DNA of 64,000 nt from Candidatus Dormiibacterota bacterium (GCA_963848445.1 CAWKDT010000005.1:172355-236354); one strand, 5' to 3'. Counted from the stretch's first letter, positions 9,361 to 19,127 are shown. Notes: generated by a model not told the origin, from the letters alone. Numbers and translations: made by a program.

Positions 9361-10625
9361 CTACAATGTTGTGTATGGAGGCGTTCGCGACACCGCAGGC
9401 GAGTGACCGTCTGGATGACGCTGTCGATGCGCTCGTCAACGAGTCCATCGACGGTGTTTCCAGCGATGCGCTCGGCGCGGACCTGGTCGAGATCCGGCGG
9501 GCGATGGATCGGCTCGAGGCGGAGTTCGTGCGCCGCCTGTACCGCTTCGATCGTGCGCACGGCGCCGCGGCCGACGGCGGGGTGAGCACGGTGTCCTGGT
9601 TGCGCTCGCGCTGCGGCATGACCGTGAAGGCGGCCGCCTACCGCGTGCACCTGGCGCGGACCCTGGGCCAGCTGCCGGCCACGCTCGACAGCGCCCGGGC
9701 CGGGCGCGCCTCGTTCACCAACGTGGCGATGATCGCCCACCTCGCCGAGGACGTCGGCGTGGAGCAGGTGGCGCCGTTCGAGAGCATCCTCGTGGGCGCG
9801 GCCGAGACGCTCGGGCCGGGGGCGATGCGCGTCCTCACCCAGGCCACCCGGCTCCACCTCGACCCGGACGGCGTCCTCGCCGATGACAACCACGCCCACG
9901 AGCGCCGCTGGTTCGAGTGCGAGGAGACGTATGACCACGTGTACGTCCTGCGCGGTGAGCTCGATGCCGAGAGCGGGGCGCTGGTGAAGACCGCGATCGA
10001 TGCCCTCAGCCATGGCCTGGATCGTGGCGAACGGCGGACCGCGTCGCAGCGCCGCGCCGACGCGCTGGTCGAGCTGGCCGCCGCCCAGCTGCGCTGCGGT
10101 GAGCACCGCGATGTGCACGGGCAGCGGCCCCATCTCACCCTCACCGTCAGCGCGGAGACGCTGCGCAGTGGCGCCGCTGCCGATGCACAGCCGGCCGAGT
10201 TGAGCGGGGTGGGGCCGATCCACCCCGAGACCGCCCGCCGCATCGCCTGCGACGCGGCGCGGACGGTGGTGACGGTGGCACCGCCCACCGGCGATGGTTC
10301 GGTGGCCGCGACCGCTGCCGTTCAGGATCGGGATGGTGGCGTGAGCACCCGTGCCGTGCCGCTGTCGGTGGGACGGACCACGCGCACGGTCCCGGCGCAC
10401 ATCCGCACCGCCCTGCACCTCCGCGACCGGGGCTGCCGCTTTCCGGGGTGCGACCGCCTCCCCGCGTGGACCGAGGGTCATCACATCATCCACTGGGCGG
10501 ACGGCGGCCCCACCGAGCTTGGGAACCTGGTCTCCCTGTGCCGGCCGCACCACCGCGCGGTGCACGAGCAGGGCTGGCGCATCCGGATCGTGGACGGGGC
10601 GGCCGTCGTGGAGCCGCCTCCCTGA
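9354..10625 (+). CDS. DUF222 / HNH endonuclease (REP13E12-family-like)
   Basis: The N-terminal DUF222 pattern (LVEIRRAMDRLEAEFVRRLYRFDRAHG...VSWLRSRCGMT) is followed by the C-terminal HNH motif HLRDRGCRFPGCDRLPAWTEGHHIIHWADGGPTELGNLVSLCRPHHRAVH. The true start may be an in-frame ATG at 9366 or 9375 (possibly leaderless). Confidence 0.85.
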   Translation: MFATMLCMEAFATPQASDRLDDAVDALVNESIDGVSSDALGADLVEIRRAMDRLEAEFVRRLYRFDRAHGAAADGGVSTVSWLRSRCGMTVKAAAYRVHLARTLGQLPATLDSARAGRASFTNVAMIAHLAEDVGVEQVAPFESILVGAAETLGPGAMRVLTQATRLHLDPDGVLADDNHAHERRWFECEETYDHVYVLRGELDAESGALVKTAIDALSHGLDRGERRTASQRRADALVELAAAQLRCGEHRDVHGQRPHLTLTVSAETLRSGAAADAQPAELSGVGPIHPETARRIACDAARTVVTVAPPTGDGSVAATAAVQDRDGGVSTRAVPLSVGRTTRTVPAHIRTALHLRDRGCRFPGCDRLPAWTEGHHIIHWADGGPTELGNLVSLCRPHHRAVHEQGWRIRIVDGAAVVEPPP

Positions 10626-10716
10626 GCAAAGCGTTGCGCATTCACGCAGCGCTGCCGGAAACCGAGCGCCTACCGCGCCGCCGTAGCCCCCTTGCGGAAC
10701 TTCGGTGTAGCAGCGC

Positions 10717-11748
10717 TCAGGGCCGGCTGCCTCTCTCCCGCTTGCGGCGATACATCGCATGATCCGCGAAACGCAGGAGTGTGTGGACGTCAGCGCCGTC
10801 ATGGGGATACATCGCCACGCCGATGCTCGCACCGACTGACACCGCTTTGCCGTCAAACGCGAGCACCTGGGAGAGCCGGACCTCCAGCTGCCGGGCGACG
10901 TGAGAGGCTGTGTCGATCCCCATGCCGGACAGAAGCACCGTGAATTCATCGCCGCCCTGACGCGCGACGGTGTCGGATTCCCGGACGGATTTGACCAGGC
11001 GATCGGCGACCTGCTGCAGGACGACGTCACCACCGTCATGGCCGAGGCTGTCGTTGACGCCCTTGAAGCCGTCCAGATCAATCGCCAGGATGGCAAACGA
11101 GCGTCCACTTCGCTTCGATGCCAGCACCGCCTGCCGAATGCGGTCGTAGAGCAACACACGGTTCGGCAAGCCCGTGAGCGAATCGTGGAGAGCCTGCTGC
11201 AGAAGTGCCTCGCGCTCGGATGCAAGTTCCTGACTGAGTTCCTCCATCCGGCGATCGAACGCTCGCGCCACCTGCACCAAGCTGGCGTCGCAGCTGATCC
11301 GTACAGCACGCAGCGCGTCAGTGAGCAGGTCGCGCGGCGTGTTGAGGCGGTCCGCCTCATCACGCAGGATCTCGCCGATGGTATCTCGCCAGATCAGGTA
11401 GGCCCGCGTGATGTTCACGGTGGACTGCTGCAACGATGCCGCAAGATCCCCTCGTTCCGCGATGTACTGCATCTCCTCAGGCGAGACAGGGACTCCGTAT
11501 GCGATCCATCTGGCGGTCATCACCGTGGCCAACCAGTTGACGCCGCGCGACCGCTCGATGTATTTCGGGTCAGCGGGACGACCTGCCCAGCCGTAGGTCG
11601 CGGCCCGCGAGTAGCAGAGATCGCAGCATTCCTCCGCTCGGAGACCGAGGGCGAGCCCCAAGACCCGACCGGCGTCCGAGTTCGGACGGGAGCTCTCACG
11701 GGAGAGTGGCTCCTTCGAGGGTCGAACGGTCCGTTGCAGCGGTTGCAT
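10717..11748 (-). CDS. Diguanylate cyclase (GGDEF domain) with uncharacterised helical N-terminal domain
   Basis: The translation shows LTGLPNRVLL...ILAIDLDGFKGVNDSLGHDGGDVVL...ARQGGDEFTVLL. The start is placed at MQPLQ (11748), which has GGAGA 6 nt upstream. The ORF-track TTG at 11790 is possible. Confidence 0.8.
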   Translation of the reverse strand: MQPLQRTVRPSKEPLSRESSRPNSDAGRVLGLALGLRAEECCDLCYSRAATYGWAGRPADPKYIERSRGVNWLATVMTARWIAYGVPVSPEEMQYIAERGDLAASLQQSTVNITRAYLIWRDTIGEILRDEADRLNTPRDLLTDALRAVRISCDASLVQVARAFDRRMEELSQELASEREALLQQALHDSLTGLPNRVLLYDRIRQAVLASKRSGRSFAILAIDLDGFKGVNDSLGHDGGDVVLQQVADRLVKSVRESDTVARQGGDEFTVLLSGMGIDTASHVARQLEVRLSQVLAFDGKAVSVGASIGVAMYPHDGADVHTLLRFADHAMYRRKRERGSRP

Positions 11749-12122
11749 CTCCGGTCTCCATCCTAGGTTCGCTCTCCGGCCCAGATCCAATCGTGCCCAC
11801 CATGTGACCGCTCGTAACGGCTACGCGTGCTTCGAGTTGCTGCCGCGAGCCGCGGCGCTGAGCACCCAGCAGTGCTCCGCTCGACCTCGCGGATCTCCTC
11901 TACCGCAATCGAGGCCATCGAGGAACTGGCCGCGCGCGATGCCCTGGTCCCACAGGCCGGGGCGCACCGTCAGCGGGCTGAACAATGCGAACAACCGTCA
12001 GTGAGTCACGAAGCTGGATCCCATCAACACACCGTCGAGAAATGCGCCGAGTGCGGCGCTGGGTCTGAGACAGGTATGCGTTCCGTCGCCGCTCCTTCGC
12101 TCATATTCGTTACGTGGCGCCG

Positions 12123-12665
12123 TCACCACACCCCAGGAAGCAGCCGCTGATGCGCCGCCGCGTACCGCCGGTACGGCTCACCCAACGCGGCCATCAGCGA
12201 TCGCTCTTCGAAATGGATTCGCACCACGAGGCCGGCGGTCGGTACGACAGCGAGGATCAGCAGGGAGATCCCGTCGGTCAGTGCCAGGCCCGTACCGACG
12301 AAGAAGATGATCAGGCCGCTGTACGACGGATGCCGCACCCAACGATACGGGCCCGTGTCGATGACCGGCTGCAGCGCGTGCACCCGCACGTTCGCGGTGA
12401 AGAAACGCCCGAGCGTGACGATGGACCACTGTCGAATGAAGATACCGGTGACCATGAGGATGAGCCCGATGATGAAGATCGGCCATTGTCCGATGGCGAT
12501 CGCCGCCCAGCCCGCGCTCGCCGCGCCGAGCCCCCCGATCACGCCCCCGACGATCGCGAGGACGACGATGACCTGGCTCCACGGTTCGGTTGGCGTGCCA
12601 CCTCGGTTGAGGCCGCTTCGCAGTTGCATCACGGCCTCGCCGGCGGCGAACAGGGCGAACACCAC
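12123..12665 (-). CDS. Isoprenylcysteine carboxyl methyltransferase (ICMT/PEMT-like) family membrane protein
   Basis: YRWVRHPSYSGLIIFFVGTGLAL and RIHFEERSLMAALGEPYRRY are the hallmark C-terminal region of the family. The protein has multiple TM helices. Confidence 0.7.
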   Translation of the reverse strand: MVFALFAAGEAVMQLRSGLNRGGTPTEPWSQVIVVLAIVGGVIGGLGAASAGWAAIAIGQWPIFIIGLILMVTGIFIRQWSIVTLGRFFTANVRVHALQPVIDTGPYRWVRHPSYSGLIIFFVGTGLALTDGISLLILAVVPTAGLVVRIHFEERSLMAALGEPYRRYAAAHQRLLPGVW

Positions 12666-12863
12666 TTAGAAGACGGTGGCGGATCCCGGCTGCTGGTACG
12701 GCGGCGTGACCATGAGCGTCTGCCGGTGACGGTATCAGCCGAGGTCCGACATCATGGCCCCGCATCGATCGCGTCGATGACCTCGACGCCGAGGCTCAGG
12801 GTCGCCGCCCTTCCCAAGGGGCGGCCCTCCGGAGAAGGCCGCCCCCTGCTGGTTCTCTAGCGG

Positions 12864-14771
12864 CTAGGTGTGGACCGACGCAGTGAAGATGTCCTCGTCA
12901 TTGGCCGTCAGCCCATCGGGCTCGGTGGCCGCGCACACCGCCGGCGGATTGGTGCCGCAGTCGAAGAGGTCGATGCTCCGCGTGTCCATCCAGAGCGGGT
13001 GGGCAAACGTCGTCAGCGCCGAAAGCCCGGTGTAGTCGCCGAAGAACAGCGAGTTACCCGCTGAATCCGGGAATTCGGTCGGCACCGGCATCGAAGACGA
13101 TGTCACGCGAACCACATGGAAGACCAGCTGATGGCTCGCGCTCACCGATGAGGACATGGAGAAGTCCATGCCACCGTTGGTCTCGTCCGAGCCGTACTGG
13201 CGGTCGTAGTAGGTGGTGACGATCTGACCGGTCTTCGTGACGGTCGACCATTGCCACCACTGATCGCTCCCGACCTGGCTCGGCGCGGATGACGCCAGTG
13301 CATCGGCCGAGGGATCGTTGCCCGTTGCCGAGAAGCTCCCGGCGCTGTTGTGCGAAACGCTCACCAGGATCTTGTTGCCGCAGCCCGACGTCTTGACGCC
13401 GACATAGAGGTCGGCACCGTCGCCCGCCAGCCCGTTGGCGGTGCACGTACTGACATCGGTCGAGTTGAGATAGGACCCGTAGGTCACCACGACCTCCGTC
13501 TTGTCGCCGGGATTCACCGCGCCGGAGGGGTAGTTGGTGGCACGGAACACGGAGTCTTCCTGGCTTCCCTGCTCGGGAACGCAGGCACGTCCACCATCCT
13601 GACCACCTTGGTACGTCGCGCAGTCAGGGAGGTCGTTGTACTCACCGGCCTGCACCGGATCACCGAAGCTCACGCCGCCATTCGTGGACTTTGAGATGAG
13701 CATCTGATTGCGGTTGTCGCTTGCGCTGCTCAAGCCGTTGTTGAAGTTCGCATAGACCACGTAGAGATTCCCGTCCGGACCCGTGAAGGGGTCGGAGAAC
13801 TGGTTCTCGTTGCAGGGTCCGTTGCCGGTTCCGGCGCCATAGGTGATGGGGCACAGCGCGGTCGACGCCGCTGACACGTCGCCGACCGAGACGGGGGCGC
13901 TGAAGGTCCGTCCATAGTCAGTCGAGTACGCCTCGTAGATGAACGCGCTGCCGTCCGGCGCGAAGTCCGTCCAGGTTGCATAGATGCGGTCGCGGAACGG
14001 GCTCGACGGAGTGTTGTCGACCGTCATGTACGGCTTGTCGATGAAGTCGCCGCACGGCCCCGTGTAGCACGTCACGATCGGCGTGCCGGGGAACGTCCAC
14101 GAGGCACCGCCATTGCCGGTCGATCGGTACAGGTAGACGCTGCTCGATGTATCCGGGTTGTTGGTGGTGCCGAGACCACGCTGGAATTCCTGGCACGCGA
14201 AGTACGCGTTGCCGCGGGAGTCCCAGGCCACCGATGGATCACCGCTTCCCTGGAAATACTCGCGAGCGACACCGCCGAAGTTGGTCCCGTCGACGAACCC
14301 GTTCGGGAGCGTGCTGTCCTGCCAGGTCTTGCCGCCGTCGGCGCTGTACTGCGTGCCGCAGGTGCCGTCGCCGCGACGGTAGTCGTTCTCGGTCGCGACC
14401 AACTGATTGGCATTCCTGGGGTTGGATGCGATCGAGGTCTCGTTCTGCGCCTGCGACCGTCCCTGAAGGCTAGCCGAGGTGAGGTTGAGACAATTCTGGT
14501 TGACCTTGACGTTGCTTCCGAGATGCTCGCTGCACTGTGCAGTCGGAGCGTTCTGAGGCTTGTAGTTGTGGAGTTGCGGTTTCGCCGGCTTCGCGCCGTA
14601 GCTCAACTCGATGTCCGCGGTCTGGTCGAGCAGGCGATCCTGGATCTCGGGTGCCTTGGTCGGGTCGAAGGCCCGGACAGCCACACCTCCTCCCGATTGG
14701 ATCGCGAGCACTCCCGCTGCCAGCGGTACCGCGGCAGCAAGCGTCATCCAACGTCGCTTACGAACGACCAT
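12864..14771 (-). CDS. Secreted BNR/Asp-box beta-propeller protein (sialidase-fold-like)
   Basis: The signal peptide is MVVRKRRWMTLAAAVPLAAGVLA. Asp-box-like repeats are SADGGKTW, STDYGRTF and STNGGVSF. RBS GGGAGG precedes the ATG. Confidence 0.7.
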   Translation of the reverse strand: MVVRKRRWMTLAAAVPLAAGVLAIQSGGGVAVRAFDPTKAPEIQDRLLDQTADIELSYGAKPAKPQLHNYKPQNAPTAQCSEHLGSNVKVNQNCLNLTSASLQGRSQAQNETSIASNPRNANQLVATENDYRRGDGTCGTQYSADGGKTWQDSTLPNGFVDGTNFGGVAREYFQGSGDPSVAWDSRGNAYFACQEFQRGLGTTNNPDTSSSVYLYRSTGNGGASWTFPGTPIVTCYTGPCGDFIDKPYMTVDNTPSSPFRDRIYATWTDFAPDGSAFIYEAYSTDYGRTFSAPVSVGDVSAASTALCPITYGAGTGNGPCNENQFSDPFTGPDGNLYVVYANFNNGLSSASDNRNQMLISKSTNGGVSFGDPVQAGEYNDLPDCATYQGGQDGGRACVPEQGSQEDSVFRATNYPSGAVNPGDKTEVVVTYGSYLNSTDVSTCTANGLAGDGADLYVGVKTSGCGNKILVSVSHNSAGSFSATGNDPSADALASSAPSQVGSDQWWQWSTVTKTGQIVTTYYDRQYGSDETNGGMDFSMSSSVSASHQLVFHVVRVTSSSMPVPTEFPDSAGNSLFFGDYTGLSALTTFAHPLWMDTRSIDLFDCGTNPPAVCAATEPDGLTANDEDIFTASVHT

Positions 14772-14837
14772 CGGTCACCTCCCGGTCCTGGACCGCAGGG
14801 CCTGCGTTGGTTCTGCTCCATCTATCAGAGCGAACGT

Positions 14838-14867
14838 CATATACGCGCCAATGACGCCCCTTGTCAA
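14838..14867 (-). promoter_or_regulatory. Sigma-70-like promoter TTGACA-N18-TATATG for the BNR-propeller gene
   Basis: On the minus strand, TTGACA (complement of 14862-14867) and TATATG (complement of 14838-14843) lie about 70 nt upstream of the ATG at 14771. Confidence 0.4.
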
Positions 14868-14873
14868 TGCTCG

Positions 14874-14887
14874 CGAACCGATGTTTG
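14874..14887 (-). promoter_or_regulatory. Second copy of the SOS-box-like motif (CGAACCGATGTTTG)
   Basis: It matches the 9347-9360 motif at 13 of 14 positions. It lies 6 nt upstream of the -35 TTGACA of the BNR-propeller gene. Confidence 0.4.
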
Positions 14888-14939
14888 GGCAATCCCGGGT
14901 GGTCGTGCGGCTCACGCAGAGCCGCGTGGCCTCCGCTTC

Positions 14940-17636
14940 CTACCCGCGACCCGCAGGCGCTGCCATCCTCACCGCTTGTCTGCGCTTGCTCACACCGAGT
15001 TTGGCCAGAATCGCGGCCACATGATGGTCGACCGTCTTCTCGGAGAGATGCAGACGCGCGGCGATCTCACGGTTGCTCATGTCCTCGCCGAGCATCCCGA
15101 GCACCTCAACCTCGCGGGTCGTCAGCCCGGCGGCATGCTGCTTCGTCGAGGGACGTGGCCCACGAGGCACGCCTCGAGCGCCGCCCTCGCGGAGGAGGCG
15201 CGCTGCGATCGCGGCGGCCGGCCTCGCGTCAAGCCCTTGGAAGATGGCGAGTGCGCGCCGGTGATCCGCCTCGAATCCTCCCGAGCAGAGCGTCACGGCA
15301 CTTTCGTAGTGGCAGCCGAGGTCCGTCCACGCTGCCGCTGCACCGGCCAGATCGCCGGACAGTTCCAGCGCATACGGGCCGGCGAGTCCAGCCGGGTTCG
15401 CATCAGCGATCCCACAGCGTCGCCGCCACGCCAACAGCTCGCTCAGGGCCTGCATGGCGCCATGCCGCAGCGCCAGTTCCATCGCCTGATCGGTTGCCGC
15501 GCGGGTCACGTCGGCGCACTGTGCGCCCCCCTCGAGCCACGCGATCTCAGCGGCAGCGGTGGCGGTGGGCAGAAGGTGCTGGAGCTCTCCGGTCGGTGCC
15601 GCGATGGCCTGGGCTTCCGCCAGCGGGCCCAGGGGGTCGGGGTCGCCGCGACGCGCCCGCAGCAGCGCGATGATGCACAGGACCATCGTTTGTGCGACCG
15701 CGTTGGCGGTGCCGGATCGCAGCAGCGTCGAGGTCCCCTCGGTCGCCTGGTCCCACCGGCCCTGGTCGAGGAGGCGGCGCGCTTGATGTGCGAGGATCTC
15801 GAACCTCCACGCATCCAGCCCGCGCTCGAGGCAGTAGTCGATTCCTTCTCGTTGATTGATCTCGGCGCGCGCATAGTCGTGCACGCGGACGCCGGCCCAG
15901 GCCAGGTGGATGTAGGCGCGGCCGGCCTGCTCATCGAATCCCCACTCCTTGCAGAGGTGCAAGCTCCGCTCGAGCTCCCGCCGGCCGTCGTCGTCGCCGA
16001 GCAGGTAGCCCGCCGTGCCGATGGAATTCATCGCATGCACGAGCGTCTCCCGGTCGTCGATGCGCTCGGCGAGCTCCAGCGCCCTGCGGCCCCAGTCACG
16101 CGTCGCCGCGGTGTCCTCGATGTTCAGTGCCAGCATGGCCCGATTCGCATACGCCATCGCAAGCTCATGGCCCGGTTCCAGCTGTCCCAGCACCGTCACT
16201 GCTGCAACTCCCGTCTCGGTCGCTTCGGCGACCTGCCCGTGGCAGCGGAGATTCGATGACATGGCGCGCAGGGCGTCACCCTCGCGCAGCCGGTCGCCGA
16301 GTGACCGATACGTCGCCAGCGCCGCACGGCGTGACTCGATCGCGTCCGAGTAATGGCCGATGAGAAAGCACTCCCACGACCGGAGCGAGAGGAGTTCGGC
16401 ACGTCGCTCATCGGTGAGCGCCCACCCGAAACGCAGCGCGCGCGCATATTGCGCGGCAGCCTCGCGATGTGCCCGAGCCTGCGCCGCGACAGCCGCGGCC
16501 TCGGGAGCGAAGCGAAGCACCGCGTCGATGTCACCGGCGCCCTCCGCGTGGTGCGACAACGATGTTGGATCGATCGGTCCGCGCCTCGGATCGGACAGTG
16601 CCACCAGTGCGGCCCGGTGAAGGGAGACGCGCCGCGGCGGTGACAGCGAGATCTCCACAGCAAGGCGCGCAATCTCGTGGCGGAAGGCGACCCCGCCGGG
16701 GATCGCGGCGAGCACGCCGGAGCCGAGGCATTCCTCGACGCCGGCCACGGCCTCGTCATCCATGGCCTCGAGAAGGCTGGTGTCGGCGCCCATCGGAATG
16801 ATGGCGACGGTCTCGACCAGCCGCCGCGCGACAGGGCCAAGGCGCGCGACCCTCGCAAGAACGGCATCCTGGACCGTTGCCGGGAGCGTGTCCCCGCCGG
16901 TCGCGAGCACTTCCGTGACGAAGAAGGGATTGCCGCCTGTGTTGCGGTACAGCTGTGCCGCGTCGAGGCCGTACGGCGATGCGAGCTCCGCGACTGCTGC
17001 TTCGGACAGCGGGCCGAGGCCGAGGCGCGCGACCGCCGGGCTCGTCGCGATGTCGCCGATGAGCACTCGCAGCGGATGGGAGCGGTCGATCTGATCGTCT
17101 CTGTAGGTACCGACCACGAGGATCGGCGCCGATTCCACCTTGCGGGCCAGCAGCCTGATGACGTCCAGGGTTGCGTCGTCAGCCCAGTGGAGATCCTCAA
17201 GAATCACGACGCACGGGGGACCCGGCCGCAACTGGTCGAGAAACGCCGCTGCAACTTCATGGGGCCGGCCGCCCCGGACGATCATCTCCTCCAGGTCCCC
17301 GGCCGTGATGCGGGCGATGTCGAGCATCGGCCCGAGTGGGTGCGGGGTGGCGAGGGCGTCGCACGCTCCTGAGAGGATTCGCACGGTCTGGTTGGCGCAG
17401 AAGCGCCGCACCAGCGAGGTCTTGCCGACGCCCGCCTCACCGCCGATGAACACGAAGCGGCCGGCCGACGACATCGCGACGGCCGCGAGGTGGTGCTCGA
17501 GCTCAGCCAGCGGTCCCGCTCGCTCGAGCAGCTCTCCCGATCCTGCAACGGCCTGCGACGTCATCAGAGCCCTGCCTCCCGTAAACGGGACCGATTGTAG
17601 GGCGGACCGAGGGGCCGCTCCCGTCAGGCTGGGCAC
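14940..17636 (-). CDS. Large ATP-binding LuxR-family regulator (LAL/MalT-like: AAA ATPase, TPR-like repeats, C-terminal HTH)
   Basis: Walker A is GGEAGVGKTSLV. The C-terminal LuxR HTH is LTTREVEVLGMLGEDMSNREIAARLHLSEKTVDHHVAAILAKLGV. The start may be MTSQAV at 17564. Confidence 0.8.
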   Translation of the reverse strand: MPSLTGAAPRSALQSVPFTGGRALMTSQAVAGSGELLERAGPLAELEHHLAAVAMSSAGRFVFIGGEAGVGKTSLVRRFCANQTVRILSGACDALATPHPLGPMLDIARITAGDLEEMIVRGGRPHEVAAAFLDQLRPGPPCVVILEDLHWADDATLDVIRLLARKVESAPILVVGTYRDDQIDRSHPLRVLIGDIATSPAVARLGLGPLSEAAVAELASPYGLDAAQLYRNTGGNPFFVTEVLATGGDTLPATVQDAVLARVARLGPVARRLVETVAIIPMGADTSLLEAMDDEAVAGVEECLGSGVLAAIPGGVAFRHEIARLAVEISLSPPRRVSLHRAALVALSDPRRGPIDPTSLSHHAEGAGDIDAVLRFAPEAAAVAAQARAHREAAAQYARALRFGWALTDERRAELLSLRSWECFLIGHYSDAIESRRAALATYRSLGDRLREGDALRAMSSNLRCHGQVAEATETGVAAVTVLGQLEPGHELAMAYANRAMLALNIEDTAATRDWGRRALELAERIDDRETLVHAMNSIGTAGYLLGDDDGRRELERSLHLCKEWGFDEQAGRAYIHLAWAGVRVHDYARAEINQREGIDYCLERGLDAWRFEILAHQARRLLDQGRWDQATEGTSTLLRSGTANAVAQTMVLCIIALLRARRGDPDPLGPLAEAQAIAAPTGELQHLLPTATAAAEIAWLEGGAQCADVTRAATDQAMELALRHGAMQALSELLAWRRRCGIADANPAGLAGPYALELSGDLAGAAAAWTDLGCHYESAVTLCSGGFEADHRRALAIFQGLDARPAAAIAARLLREGGARGVPRGPRPSTKQHAAGLTTREVEVLGMLGEDMSNREIAARLHLSEKTVDHHVAAILAKLGVSKRRQAVRMAAPAGRG

Positions 17637-17805
17637 ACGGTGCGCGGGGCGATGCGGTTGGGAGTCGCCGCATCGTCACTCCCGGTCAAAGATGGGTAAC
17701 CGCAGGCGCCAATCTGGGTAGTCCTCCCGATTCGCCCTCGACAGAACCGCGCCTAGCCTCGTTGCAGGTACTCGCGCTCGCGAGAGCAGCACAAGGAGGC
17801 TACCC

Positions 17806-18078
17806 ATGCCGAGATACGTCGTGGAGCGAACCTTTCCGGATGGACTCCACATCCCCGTCGATGCGCAGGGGGCGGCGACCTGCCTGGCGGTGGTCGGCCG
17901 CAACACCGATGACGGCGTCACCTGGGTCCACTCCTATGTCAGCGATGACAAGCGGAAGACCTTCTGCGTCTATGACGCTCCGAGTCCTGAGGCGATCCGA
18001 AAGACCGCCGACCGCAACTCCCTGCCGGTCGATCAGATCACGCAGGTGAGCGTCCTTGATCCGTACTTCTACCGCTGA
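17806..18078 (+). CDS. DUF4242 family protein
   Basis: MPRYVVERTFPDGL...VTWVHSYVSDDKRKTFCVYDAPSPEAIRKTADRNSLPVD..VSVLDPYFY matches the DUF4242 pattern as I recall it. RBS AAGGAGG lies upstream. Confidence 0.7.
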   Translation: MPRYVVERTFPDGLHIPVDAQGAATCLAVVGRNTDDGVTWVHSYVSDDKRKTFCVYDAPSPEAIRKTADRNSLPVDQITQVSVLDPYFYR

Positions 18079-18087
18079 CCGGAGGTC

Positions 18088-19080
18088 ATGAAGATGTTGT
18101 CCCGCCCATTTCGAATGGTTGTGGCAGGCCCCGCCACAGCCGCCGTGCTCACCCTGGGCCTCCTTGCCGTGGCCCCCCAGCTCAGCTCGTCCGTGAGGGC
18201 AAGCGGCGATCCTCCTACATGCACCACGCCGATCACCGCCGCGCCGACCGGCCGTGCGACCGTGTCGACCAAGTCGACGGCCTTCGGCACCGTGCTGAGC
18301 GTCGGCTCGGGACCCAATGCGGGTTGCTCTCTGTACCTGCTCACGTCGGACCAGCTCCATTCGATGACGTTTGGTCTGGCCGCCTTTGCGTGCAGTGATG
18401 GCCCCAACGCCATCGGGAGCCCGTGTGACAGCGTCCTCTGGCCGGCACTGCTGACGAGTGGCGCGCCCATCGCCGGTCCCGGGGTGAATCGCAAGCTCCT
18501 CGGGACGGTGACCCGCACCGACATCCTCGCCGGCGAGAGCGTGCAGCAGGTCACGTACGCCGGTCTGCCGCTCTACCGGTTCTTCCTCGACGAGACGCCG
18601 GATGAGACGGACGGGGCGAACCTGTTCGACCCGGTGACGAGCCCCACCGGCACCTGGTACCTCGTGGAGCCAGGCCGAGGGCATCCGGCGACCGGTCGTA
18701 TCGGGATGCGGGTCGAGTGGTCCGGCGGCCACGAGGTCCTGGCGGCATCGATGGACAACGACTTCTCCCTGCTGCCGCATGGGAACTTTCCCGTGTACAC
18801 CTTGAGCAACACGAGCAGCCGGGCGTGCCAGGGCTACTGCGCCCTGATCTGGCAGCCGGTCCTCACCTCGGGGCAGCCTGAGGCCGGCAAGGGCATCGAT
18901 CAGCACGCGCTGGGAGTCGTCGTCAGGCCGGACGGCACCCGCCAGGTGACCTACCAGGGCAAGCCGCTGTACCTCTTCATCCAGGACGCCTACATCCCAG
19001 GCGTCAGCGGGACGAAGAGCATCAACGGGGCGGGCGCGCACACGCCATGGGGCGTCTTCAACACGATCCCACTGCCCTGA
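18088..19080 (+). CDS. Secreted repeat protein, COG4315 / Yx(FWY)xxD-motif lipoprotein family
   Basis: It has a signal peptide and two repeats ending in GLPLYRFFLDE and GKPLYLFIQDAY (the Yx[FWY]xxD motif). Confidence 0.65.
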   Translation: MKMLSRPFRMVVAGPATAAVLTLGLLAVAPQLSSSVRASGDPPTCTTPITAAPTGRATVSTKSTAFGTVLSVGSGPNAGCSLYLLTSDQLHSMTFGLAAFACSDGPNAIGSPCDSVLWPALLTSGAPIAGPGVNRKLLGTVTRTDILAGESVQQVTYAGLPLYRFFLDETPDETDGANLFDPVTSPTGTWYLVEPGRGHPATGRIGMRVEWSGGHEVLAASMDNDFSLLPHGNFPVYTLSNTSSRACQGYCALIWQPVLTSGQPEAGKGIDQHALGVVVRPDGTRQVTYQGKPLYLFIQDAYIPGVSGTKSINGAGAHTPWGVFNTIPLP

Positions 19081-19097
19081 CGGGAAGACCGACGCGG

Positions 19098-19127
19098 AGC
19101 CCCGGCCGAGTGCTCGGCCGGGGCTTT
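19098..19127 (+). terminator. GC-rich hairpin after the COG4315 gene
   Basis: AGCCCCGGCCGAG-TG-CTCGGCCGGGGCT is followed by TTCCC. It lies 18 nt after the stop codon. Confidence 0.5.

Noticed and set aside
10631-10652. Hairpin GCGTTGCG-CATTCA-CGCAGCGC between the convergent HNH and GGDEF genes as a terminator.
   Set aside because: The stem is 8 bp with a G-U pair and there is no U-tract. It is plausible but not strong enough to list.
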